From Squalus acanthias (lineage: Eukaryota), in NCBI GenBank assembly GCA_030390025.1, contig JASTWF010000326.1:248001-312000 (forward strand): a stretch of 64,000 bases of DNA. The letters run 5' to 3'. Position numbers and translations under genes: made by a program. Below the pieces are notes generated by a model. It was not told where the DNA came from. It was given only the letters and a program-made list of their open reading frames with translations, and did no database searches. This document shows, one piece after another, positions 38,902-50,710 of this stretch; positions within the stretch are counted from its first letter, which is position 1; each line of letters begins with the position of its first letter.

Positions 38902-39530
38902 TCAGCACATATGGCTCATTTGACCCAGGTACAAACATACTGAAAACAGTAAAGAAAAGACTGTAAATGCTGGAAATCAAAACCAGAAATTTCCAGCATT
39001 TTCTGTTTTTGTTACAAACATGCTTAAGTTAGTTACCGCTCAAGTCCAGGAGCGCAATTGAACTCATGCCTGTATCGATGCTGACCACTATTCTTATGGT
39101 ATCAATTCCAGCTGTTATCCTACAGCTGACACAGCATAAATGGACACTTAAACATGTTGTTGTACAATTCAACAGAAAGGTAACAGGATACCGATTCACA
39201 AGAGACTGTACACAAGCATTACCAGTTTTAGATTTACATTTGATACCAAAATAAATTGAATGTAGTAATTGTTCTTGCATAACGGCAATATTCACTGAAT
39301 TTTATTAAAAGAATTCAAGCCTAGACCTGATCTTTAATTCCGTGATGCCCACTTAAAGAAGTATTGCCCCAATCCTGACATCTTTTCTGGTAATAACTGA
39401 AACATATACACTGCATGTTAGTACACTGCCAACACCACATGGAATAATTACATTGGATGGTAAACATTGCTGCTACAGTATGTGACCTCAGATTACTATC
39501 AGTGCAAACCATCATGTTATTGTTCTTGAA

Positions 39531-40770
39531 TTAGAATCATAGAAAGTTACAGCACGGAAGGAGGCCATTTCAGCCCATCGTGTCCGCGCAGGCCAACAAA
39601 GAGCTATCCAGCCTAATCCCACTGCCCAGCTCTTGGTCTGTAGCCCTGCAGGTTAGAGCATCCCAGGTGCACATCCAAGTACTTTTTAAATGTGGTTAGG
39701 GTTCCTGCCTCTACCACCCTTTCAGGCAGTGAGTTCCAGACTCCCAACCACCCTCTGGGTGAAGACATTTCCCCTCAAATCCCCTCTCAACCTTCCCCCA
39801 ATTACTTTAAATCTGTGCCCCCTGGTTTTTGAGCCCTCTGCTAAAGGAAATAGGTCCTTTCTATCCACTTTATCTAGGCCCCATCTAATTTATACACCTC
39901 AATAAGGTCTCCCCTCAGCCTCCTCTGTTCCAAGGAAAACAGACCCAGCCTACCCAGTCTTTCCTCATAGCTAAGATTCTCTACTCCCGGAAACGTCCTT
40001 GTAAATCTCCTCTGTACCCTCTCTAGTGCAATCACATCTTTCCTGTAATGTGGTGACCAGAACTGCACACAGTACTCTAGCTGAGGCCTAATGAGTGTTT
40101 TATACAGTTGAAGCATAACCCCACTGCTGTTGTATTCTATGCCACGGCTAATAAAGGCAAGCATTCCGAATGCCTTCTTAACCACCTTATCTACTTGGCC
40201 TGCTACCTTCAGGGATCTGTGGACATGCACTCCAAGGTCCCTTTGTTCCTTTACACTACTCAGTGTCCTACCATTTAATATGTATTCCCTTTCCTTGTTC
40301 ACCCTCCCCAGATGCATTACCTCACACTTCTCCGGATTGAATTCCATTTGCCACTGTTCTGCCCACCTGACCAATTTATTGATATCTTCCTGCAGTCTAC
40401 AGTTTCCTTCTTCAGTATCAACCACACAGCCGATTTTAGTTTCATCTGCAAACTTCTTAATCATACCCCCTATATTCAAGTCAAGATCATTGATATATAC
40501 CACAAAAAGCAAGGGACCTAGTACTGAGCCCTGCGAAACCCCACTGGAAACAGCCTTCCAGTCACAAAAACACCCATCAACCATTACCCTCTGCTTCCTG
40601 TCTCCAAGCCAGTTTTGAATCCAACTTGACACTTTGCCCTGGATCCCATGGGCTTTTAACTTCGTGACCAGTCTGCCATGTGGAACCTTATCAAAAGCCT
40701 TGCTAAAGTCCATATACACTACATCAAATGCACTACCCTCATCTACCCTCCTTGTTACATCCTCAAAAAA
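39531..40770 (-). mobile_element. CR1 LINE, 5'-truncated, 281-aa RT ORF fragment
   Basis: YMDFSKAFDKVPH..SGVSQGSVLGPLLFVVYINDL..KFADETK..RPQLEYCVQFWSP; 3' UTR. Confidence 0.95.
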
Positions 40771-41409
40771 CTAGATATTAATCCCCTCAAAGTTCAGCAA
40801 AATAACTGAACATAAAAAATTCTTATTCATAAATTGTAAGTAAGTGAAGAAAGAATATGCAACTCTCACTGGAACCATTTAAAAAAGATCCTGCAAATGA
40901 CTCGTGTAACCATGCAACAGAAAAGGTGAAAATAGCAACCAACCACATTAGAAGCATCACTGATGCACATGCGCCAGCAAGACAACCATGCCCCTTCCCT
41001 TGACTGCCCCGATTTTAGAAAGCCTGGTTAAACTCAGAACTTCAAAATGTATTAACAAAAATATTGATACAAAAGAAGGCATGTGACACAAAATAGTGAC
41101 CCATAAGGGCTGCTTTTACAAAGGCACACACATGATCAAGAACCTTGACTGGTTGGGCCACACATTTCCAAGTGAGTAAGACTCCGTGCTCAGACCGCCA
41201 ATTCATAAAAATGGCTCTATAATACTTTCCTCATCACCATTTCAGACAAATGGCATTTTTTTTTTTAAAAGAGTAACCAAATCTTAAGATATAGAAAATA
41301 TTTTGAGAAAAAATGAATCATCCGCTCCTTCAGAACTACAGCATGAACCAGACCTGATATTTCAGCACTAAAGAAAACAAAGCAAATAAGTTGAAGAGTG
41401 ACTGAGCAA

Positions 41410-41720
41410 CGCAACTTGTTAGCTCAGTGTCCCTTTACCTCTGGGACCCAGGTTCAAATCAAGCCCAACCTAAAGGAATAAAAACCTTCTCTACCAGTTG
41501 GCTGTACAAGGTTCTAAGTTGGCAGGATTGAATTTGGTGTAATAAGTCTCAAGCTAGTTCCTAGTGGGGTTGGGACGATGGTACAAATCTGTTCCTAATT
41601 TGGAATGAGTTTGCATTAAATTGGCAATGCCACTCAAAGGCCACAGGAATGCTCTTCTGAGGGTGGGGCTAAGGCATTACTGGCAGGTGACAATGGTTGA
41701 TCCCTTCTGTAAGCTCTTGA
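41410..41720 (+). mobile_element. LF-SINE-like ancient SINE
   Basis: ccctttacctctgggacccaggttcaaatcaagccca; gtctcaagctagttcctagtgg; ttggcaatgccactcaaaggcca; ggggctaaggcattactggcagg; same order as my recollection of the LF-SINE consensus blocks. Confidence 0.6.
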
Positions 41721-42371
41721 TGCGGAGAGTGTGCGCCTAAAATGGCTAACTGTTCGGTTCTCTAGCATGAGCACCCTCACTTTGATGGAAACGACAACAT
41801 CTTTCTGTAGCTCAGAATTAAAAAAACAAACTATGCTTGGCTATCCGTTTATCAGAGTAGAGATAGAAATTACATCAGAAAATCGAAGACAGAGAGAAGG
41901 AAATAAACAAAAAGGCTGAGATTTGAATTAAAATAAAAACTTGTTCAGGATGTGGGCGACACTGGCAAAGCACATACTTATTGTCCAACCAGAGTTGGTG
42001 GTGGTACACCTTCTTAAACTGCTGCATGCCTTCTGCTGATACCACTCCTACAACGGTGTTAGGTAGGGAACTGCAGGTTTTGACCCAGCAATTATATTAG
42101 CTGCTGTAATTGGCAATAAAAGTAAATTGAAGTACTGGAATTTCTAGAGATGTACAAAGCTTGCAGTATTTCTGATTGAATGCTCATGATACACTGTATA
42201 ACTCATTTGGTTAATTGTACAGTTTTCTGAAAAATATAATAAGCTCTATCACAACATCAATCCTTACTATATAGACTCGATAGGTCTTGTGGCACGAAAG
42301 TCTTTAACGGGCTGAAAGAACTACACAAATGTAATTTCTGCTTTAGTAGAGGTGAGTGAATCAGCAACTTA

Positions 42372-43214
42372 GGGCTGAATTTTACTTACCGAGACGAGTT
42401 GGGGGCGGGACTGCTGCCTTCCAGGTTCTTGTCCCACCCCCAGCGACGTCGGACGAACAGATGCTATTTTGCCCTGATTGGCCTTGTTGAGCCCGCACTG
42501 CGGGCTTGCCGGCCAATTAAGGGAAAGCCGGTGTCAGATGACGTCAGTTGATGACGCTTCATCTGCCGGTTTTCTTAAAAGGCACATGCACCACTCTTGT
42601 TTGACAGATGAATTGTCAGTGTTTGACAGCATTGAGGTGCTGTCAAACACTGACAATCACTGTACACAGGTGAGCCCCTGCACCCATGCTCTCCAATTAC
42701 TCTCTCCTTAGGATAAAACAGATGGTAGCTGCAGCTGAGATTGCAGAAGCCATCGGTCACTTCTCCCGATGAGATGAGGCTACACGAACACTTCAAAGCT
42801 TGTTACCTGCAGAAACATCTAACCACACTAAAAATTACTTTCACAACATGTCCTTACCTCTGATACTAACCATTGTCCCATTGCATCCCTCACACCACTT
42901 CTGCAGCTGTCATCCAAACATCAACATAACAGACTCACAGCACGCCTCACTTACCCTGGCGGGGTTCTCCGACATTGGGAAGCCCGCAGCAGCAGTCAAA
43001 AAATTGGGGAAAACCTTTTAACTGCCTGTTAACAGGCAGTTATGTGGCTATAATCCTCTTCCCGCCGCTAGGAGTCGGGTCCCTGCGCAAATCAGGGACC
43101 CGGCTCCCGGGAAGATTGGTTGGAGGCGGGTTCGGGACCCGCTCCCATTCTGTTTAACTTTCCCAGCAGTCCCGCCTCCAAACCCGCCTCCTCAGGGCTG
43201 GTAAAATCCAGCCC
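42372..43214 (+). mobile_element. Harbinger non-autonomous element (843 bp)
   Basis: TTA|GGGCTGAATTTTAC ... GTAAAATCCAGCCC|TTA: 14-bp TIR with 1 mismatch and a perfect TTA TSD. Confidence 0.92.
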
Positions 43215-44004
43215 TTAATGTCTCAACTGGGTTTGAGGAGCCTCCAGATCAACTAAAATGAAGATATTAATGTGTTTTTTAAACTATGGGAATACTCTGA
43301 CATTTCACAGGCATTCACAGTATTTGAATTGGGGGAAAGTCTATTTTGTAACCAATTAGCATACATTTTAATTTGTTCTCCATTCAGCATAACAAATAGA
43401 CTATGCAGGTTGCACAGAGTTGAGTTATTGTCTATTTACTAATTAATTTAATTCACACATGCAGATTAGTCTAATTCACATACTTCAGTAATATATTCTT
43501 CCTCTTAGCATAATCAACATACCCTCCAACTTTCATACTTGCAGATTACAGTTGTATGTTTTGAATTATGGGCAAGATGAATTTTTCAACCTAATTTATG
43601 CATCTAAAAATCAGTGTAATCAGCACAGTTTATTTAATGTGAAAGATCCATTGGAATAATAAATGTATCCTCTAGAATTCATAAGTCAAGTTTTTTTTAA
43701 AGTTACTAATGAAAATGTTGCCAAGGTTGCTGTTCGTCTCTCAAGTTAGTGCTGGCACACACAAGAGCAAACACTGCAAATGTTTAAATTATTAGCATGC
43801 AGGAGATTTAACACAGCCCGACATTTAATTAGAATGGGGACGAAGGAAAAAAAACAAACTACCTTTTAACAGTACAATGTGGCAAAAATGAATTTGCTGC
43901 AGGCTTCTTTCTCACCCTCCCTCCCCAAAATTCAACACCAACTTTAGATGAAAAGTGACACGGCTTCAAGGTCTCGATTTTCTGTTGTAACCATTCTATG
44001 ATTC

Positions 44005-44245
44005 TAGCACACAGAAGTAGGCCGTTCAGCCCATCGAGCTCGAGCCGGCTCTCTACAAGAGCACTTCAGCTAGTCCCACTCCCCTGCCCTTTCTCCGTAG
44101 CCCTGCAAACTTTTTTCCTTCAGGTACTTATCCAATTCCCTTTTGAAAGCCATGATTGAGTCTGCCTCCACCATCCTTTCAGGCAGTGCATTCCAGATCC
44201 TAAACACTCGCTGTGTAAAAAAGATTTCCCTCATGTCGCCTTTGG
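44005..44245 (-). mobile_element. CR1 3' end; the other half lies at 47836-48727
   Basis: ..ctcatgtcgcctttgg joins tcttctgccaatcatcttaaatc at ~47837 to give a continuous CR1. Confidence 0.8.
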
Positions 44246-47200
44246 GAGAGTTTCAGAAACCAGCAAAGGTTGACAAAAAATTTGATAAAAAGGGAAAAAA
44301 TAGAATGAGAGAAAACTAGCAAGAAATATAAAAGCAGATTGTAAGAGTTTCTACAAGTGTGTAAAAAGGAAAAGAGTAGCAAAAGTAAACATTGGTCCCT
44401 TAGAGGCTGAGACAGGAGAAATTATTATGGGGAATAAGGAAATGGCAGAAACGTTAGACAAATATTTTGTATCTGTCTTCACTGTAGGCGGTGGTGGTTT
44501 GTGTCAGCTTTACCTCTGACTTCGGAGCGGTTCGAATTGCTCCCACTCCCTTGGTTCTTGACCTTGGACTTATTTGGGGGTTGTGATACAAAAGGTGCAG
44601 CAGACAACTGAGTTTGATGAAAGAACGTCAATCTTTATTAAAAGGTAAGAGACAAATAATAACACTCATCACTCTAAAGGTGGGGAACACTTTGGTACAA
44701 GCGAGGGAAATGACAGTAGGACAATACTTCACCCCTCCCAACCCCACTTTACTAGCTTAGTTAGGTTTTGAAGGACCAGGGATAATGCTCACCAATCCTT
44801 TGACAGTTGGGCTAAATCGCGGTTTTGGGGTTCGCTGTTTATGGCGGTTAGTGTCTGCCGTACCCCGTACGCGGTAGAGGACTTCACCTGGGTCTCTGGT
44901 CAGTCTTCGCGAGTCCGCTGATGCGGTAGGATGTCGTTTTGGATTTATCTGGTGAGTACCCAATTTCTTTAGTTTAGCAGTAGGGCTTAGAATCTTTGGG
45001 GAAAATCTTACCCAGGGGTAAGTCAGGAGTAGTTTGTAGTGTGGAAACTTTGCGATTCTTCAGGTTTTCTTCCCTGGAGTTGGTCTTTGTTGGTCGCGGT
45101 GGCCTGCGATTACCCGGTTAGTTGGGGGTAATGCGCGGTTCTTGGTTTCGTGAGGCCTTTGGTTTCCGCGATGGCTTTAGGCCTTGTTTTGTGTGTCGGT
45201 CGACCTCGTGGAGCTGTCGGTGACTTGTTGTTCCGGGTGACTGTGTTGGGAGGTTGTTGGAGGTCCGTCGAGGTGGTGTCTTCGCGAGCTGGACTCAGGT
45301 GTGTCTGAGTGGTGAGCGATGCCGACTCGCTTCCTTCTCGGGCCGCCTTCTTCTTGGTCTCTCCTCCTTCTGATGACCACTGGTTGCGACTGACTGCTCG
45401 ACCCAACGACGTTGAACTGTGGTGTTTCTCTCTCTTCTTCTCCCGTGTGCTTGGTGGGCCTTCAATTATACAGAATTGAAGTGGCCTTATCTACCCGCCA
45501 AATCTACTCGGTTCATTGTCTAGTTTTGGCGGGCTCGTAAATCGGTAACGATTTACTAGCACGTTAACTGGGTTTTAACAGGCCTTCAATCTCACCCATT
45601 GAATATGGCCTTATCTACCCGCAAATCTGCTCAGTTCATTGTCTGAATTTGGCGGGCCTGCTACCAGTAACTGCTCTGTAAGTGTCAAATGGGTTTTGGG
45701 ATGGTTTGCATCCTGTAGATCTCCTTGGCTGATTGCTGGTGATTGGTTTCATGTTTTGGGTTTCTAGGCTGATCTATAGCCTAGTCCTGGGTGCTCTGTA
45801 TTATGCATGTTTCCTGATGGGCCCTGTAATCGGTTTGATGGGACCTGTTGTTTTGGGTGGGACTGTCTTCTCCTAGGGTCTATTGTCAAAATGTTAATGC
45901 ATGCTGGGGCTTTGAGTGAGGTCATCCCGGTTCCCCAGACAATGCAATTAACTACAATACCCAAAACTGCTTTTACAGAGGTTGAACCCACCTCTTGTTC
46001 CTTTACAGGCCCAGACATAGTTTTAAAATGCCAAAACTTGGTTTTTGGTCTTACAGTCTCTTAGGTTAGGCCCAAATACAATATTATCACTCTGAGGTAG
46101 TTCCAAAGTCCTTTTTCCTTCAGTTTTGGGGATCTGTAAATTTTGGAAACATTACACACAGTAGAAGACACAAAAAGCATATCAAAAATGGTGGCGAACC
46201 AAGGGTCTAATGAGGGCGAGGAACTTAACGTAATTAATATAAGTAGAGAAAAAGTACTAGAGAAACTAATGGGACCAAAAGCCGACAAATTCCCTGGGCC
46301 CGACGGTCTACATCCTAGGGTTCTAAAAGAGGTGGCTGAAGAGATAGTGGATACATTGGTTTTGATCTTCCAAAATTCCCTAGATTCTGGAGAGGTCCCA
46401 GTGGATTGGAAGGTCGCAAATGTAACACCGCTATTCAATAAAGGAGGGAGAGAGAAAACAGGGAACTACAGGCGAGTTAGCCTGACATCAGTCATCGGGA
46501 AAATGCTGGAATCCATTCTTAAGGAAGTGGTATCAAGTCACTTAGAAAATCATAACATGATTAGGCAGAGTCAACATAGTTTTATGAAAGGGAAATCATG
46601 TTTGACAAATATATTAGAGTTTTTTTTTGAGGATGTAACTGGCAGGGTAGATAAATGGGAACCAGTGGATGTAGTATATTTGGATTTCCAAAAGGCATTC
46701 GATAAGGTGCCACATGAAAGGTTATTACACAAGATTAGGGCTCATGGGGTTGGGGGTAATATGGATAGAGGATTGGTTAACTGACAGAAAACAGACAGTA
46801 GGGATAAACAGATCTTTTTCAGGTTGGCAGGCTGTAACTAGTGGGGTGCCGCAAGGATCAGTGTTGGGGCCTCAGCTATTTACAATCTATATTAAAATGA
46901 CCTAGATGAAGGGACCGAGTTTAATGTATCCAAGTTTGCTGATGATACAAAGCTAGGTGGGTCAGTAAGCTGTGAGGAGAACACAAAGAGTCTACAAAGG
47001 GATATAGATAGCCTAAGTGAGTGGGCAGTAAGGTGGCACATGGAGTATAATGTAGGGAAATGTGAAGTTATTCACTTTAGTAGGAAGAATAGAAAAACAA
47101 TATTTTTTAAATGGTGAGAAACTTTCAAATGTTGGTGTTCAGAGAGATTTGGGTGTCCTCCTGCAAGAAACACAGAAAGCTAGCATGCAGGTACAGCAAG

Positions 47201-47835
47201 CAATAAGGAAGGCAAATGGCATGTTGGCCTTTATTGCAAGGGGGTTGGAGTATAGGAGTAAGGAAGTCTTGCTACAATTGTACACGGCCTTGGTGAGACC
47301 ACACCTGGAGTACTGCGCACAGTTCTGGTCTCCTTATATACTTGCCTTGGAGGCGGTACAACAAAGTTTCACTAGATTGATTCCTGGGATGAGAGGGCTG
47401 TCTTATGATGAGAGATTGTGTAGAATGGGCCTATAATCTCTGGAGTTTAGAAGAATGAGAGGTGATCTCATTGAAACATACAAGATTCTGAAGGGGATTG
47501 ACAGGGTAGATGCGGAGAGGTTGTTTCCCCTGGCTGGAGTGTCTAGAACTAGGGGGCATAGTCTCAGGATAAGGGGTAGGCCATTTAAGACTGAGATGAG
47601 GAGGATTTTCTTCACTCAGAGGGTTGTGAATCTTTGGAATTCTCTGCCCCAGAGGGCTGTGAATGCTGAGTCTTTGAGTATATTCAAGGCTGAGATAGAT
47701 AGATTTTTGGACTCTAGGGGAATCAAGGGATATGTAGATCGGGCGGGAAAGTGGAGTTGAGGTCGATGATCAGCCATTGTCTTATTGAATGGTGGAGCAG
47801 GCTCGCGGGGCCATATGGCCTCCTCCTGTTCTTAT
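44246..47835 (+). mobile_element. CR1 ORF2 (linker, RT, 3' UTR), split by a solo LTR at 44483-46156
   Basis: Similar to 32440-34320; ORFs at 46143-46784, 47062-47436, 47455-47760; gtcttcac / cacagtagaag rejoin across the LTR. Confidence 0.93.
44483..46156 (-). mobile_element. Solo LTR, 1.67 kb, same family as 59206-60572
   Basis: TG..CA termini (reverse complement tgtaatg...cctaca); AATAAA on - strand at ~44634; apparent cac/cac flank duplication; both ends homologous to the second copy. Confidence 0.85.
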
Positions 47836-48727
47836 ATCTTCTGCCAATCATCTTAAATCTGTGCCCTCTGGTTCTCAACCCTTCCGCCAATGAGAACACA
47901 GTTTCTTTCTATCTACTCTGTCTAGACCCATCATGTTTTTGAACACCTCTATCAGATCTCCTCTCAACCTTCTATGCTCCATGGAGAATAACCCCAGCTT
48001 CTCTAGTCTATCCACGTAACTGAAGTCTCTCATCCCTGAAACCATTCTCGTAAATCTTTTCTGCACCCTCTCCAAGGCCTTCACATCCTTCCTAAAGTGC
48101 GGTGCCCAAAATTGGACACAATACTCCAGTTGAGGCCAAACCAGTGTTTTATAAAGGTTCATCATAACGTCCTTGCTTTTGTGTCTATTTATGAAGCCCA
48201 GGATCCCGTATGCTTTTTTAACTGCTTTCTCAACCTGCCCTGCCACCTTCAATGATTTGTGCACATATACCAGGTCTCTGTTCATGCACCCCCTTTAGGA
48301 TTGCACCCTTTAATTCTTCCTGTCAAAATGTATCAGTTTGCACTTTTCTGCCTTAAATTTCATCTGCCACATGTCTGCCCATTTCACCAGCCTGCCTATG
48401 TCTTCTTGAAGTCTATCACTATCCTCCTCACTGTTCACTATACTTCCAAGTTTTGTGTCATCTGCAAACCCAAGTCCAAGTCATTAATATATATCAAGAA
48501 AAGCAGTGGTCCTAGTACCAACCCCTGAGAACACCACTGTCTGAAAAACAACCATTCACCACTACTCTGATTCATATCACTTAGCCAATTTTGTATCCAT
48601 GCTACCACTGTTCCTTTTATTCCACAGGCTTCAACTCTGTTGGCAAGCCTATTATGTGGCACTTTATCAAGCGCCTTTTGGAAGTCCAGGTACACCACAT
48701 CAACCCTCTCTGTTACCTCATCAAAAA
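47836..48727 (-). mobile_element. CR1 RT fragment
   Basis: VDVVYLDFQKALDKVPH; LYKTLVWPQLEYCVQFWAPH. Confidence 0.9.
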
Positions 48728-49399
48728 ACGGTTGTGCCATTAAATAATTTTCCTGAAAAAAACTTACTGACAGGCAAGGGCTTGCTGCTTAGTGTGATTA
48801 AATAGGGTGACTGGAAACAGCAGTAGGATTATCCACTTATACCAATTCTGATGGTGCTCGAGGGGAGTGGCGGGGGTGGAGTGGGGTAAGGAGTTAAAAA
48901 AGGCAGATAGATATAACTCTCATCACTACACCAGCAATATTTTAAAACTGTTTTTGTTAACTTGGCTGGAGTCATACCCATGAGAAGGAAAGAATTCCGT
49001 TACACACTTGCTTAAAAACAGTTTTGCTGCTTAGCCAATGTCTTATCCTCCCCTTTGCACTATGTTCATTCTTTATCCATACTGGAACATCAGGACACTA
49101 CACAAATACTTCAATGTATGCATTGAAGAACATGATATAGCTGAAGCTGCAAATCCAAACTGCTTGCATAACAATCCAGGTCCAAACACTTTGCTTAGCA
49201 AGTTGAGATCAACAAATTCACTCCTTCTACACATAACTGATGTGGTATATTTCTGATACACCAAGTTCACAGCTAAACACAAGCACACTTATTACAGTCC
49301 ACTATTTTTAGTTGGACATTAACCAGTTTAATATAATAGATTAATGCCTGCCTAAAATGCCCACCTAAAATGCCCACATTTTTCTGTGAACTTCACTGA

Positions 49400-49680
49400 A
49401 GTTGCATTTCAAAAGCACCTTTTAACAGAGGTGTAAAGTAAATATGGACATCAAGTCAAAGGAGGAAAGATTAGGAGGAATGACCAAAAGCTTCGTTAGA
49501 GGTGGGGTTTATGAAGGGTCTTAAAAGAGGAAAAGGAAGTGGAAAGTTATGAGGAGGCAATTCCAGAGCATGGGCCCGAGGCAGCTGAAGGTCTGGCTGC
49601 AATTGGTGGGGTGAAGGGCGGGTGGGGTTGCACAAGAGGCCGGAGTCAGAGGAATGGAAAGTTTTGGGGAGGGGTCAGAA
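49400..49680 (-). mobile_element. L2 3' fragment
   Basis: tgaccaaaagctt..aattccagagcatgggcccgaggcagctgaagg parallels 36090-36220. Confidence 0.7.
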
Positions 49681-50359
49681 AATATACTTCAACTATATAT
49701 GTACTGGACTCTATATGACAAAGCAAAAACTTTTTATTTTATTTTATTTTAACAGGAAAAAACTTTGCAGATAATGCAAAATACACTCCAGAAAAAACAT
49801 TTCACCAATTCACTTCTTCAATTTTAGTGTTATTTTGCAAGTCATCATGACACAAGCAAGTTTATACAATCAAAGTTATTCAGCTTTGTCTACCTTAGGC
49901 TGTCTAAGCGAGTAGCATTACAAATTGCCCAGAGATCTATCAGAAAAAAATTCCATCTCCCAAGCAACGAGGCTCAATGTGGAATGACTTGAAGCAACGC
50001 ATGTCAGAAAAGTGGAGCATCTGGCCAGATCAAGACAAGCCACTAGGGGGCAAGTCAAGGAAGACTAGAGTACAAGAAAATCAGTACCCCATGGAAATAA
50101 ATACAGCAGGAAGAGTAATTTTCCACTTGCCATCACAGAATACTTACACATTCATATTATTGAACCATTTGCCAATGAGAATTCTAATAATGTCTACTTA
50201 AACTAGGAGCAAGATGAATGCCATTTATTGGGTCCAGTGTAGTCAGAAATCCCACTATTTCTTAAGATGTACACTTGAGCTGCTGTTGCTTCTGGATTGT
50301 CAATGCCAAACATCGGAAAATCTGTTGTCTGACAACAGTGTGGTTATACATTGATCTTT

Positions 50360-50710
50360 TACTTTCCAGATTTTGGTTCAACTCCAGAGCAAAAAGTACT
50401 GGGATAGAAGTCTCTGCTGTTTTTAAGGGTACTAAATGAAATCAGCTGCAACAGTCTCAACCTAGTTTCTAGTGGACATGGCGCAACAGCACAAAACTGC
50501 ACCCAGACTGAATGGCATTACTAATTTTATACCAGGGAGGTTATGGAACAGTTGGTAAGAAAAGTAGAAGGATTCGCACTGGTACAGTACAGGATATACT
50601 TCTGATGCTTAAGTTAAGGCACATTGGTGGGGCACAGCAGAGAGACCATCTTTCTTGTGCTATATCTTATTTACGAACGCTTGATGATGGCACTGGGTTC
50701 CTAAAAAGGA
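50360..50710 (+). mobile_element. Second LF-SINE-like copy, decayed
   Basis: ggttcaactccag; gtctcaacctagtttctagtggacatgg..cacaaaactgc; gttaaggcacattggtggggca. Confidence 0.5.

Noticed and set aside
40130..40618. 162-aa ORF and similar antisense ORFs over CR1 copies
   Set aside because: Antisense shadows of LINE ORF2
39874..40719. 281-aa ORF as a host gene
   Set aside because: Truncated CR1 RT with FADE in place of FADD; no sign of domestication
44487..44551. Functional tRNA gene (including tRNA-Sec)
   Set aside because: No D arm, 8-nt anticodon loop that differs between copies; kept only as a tRNA-like module
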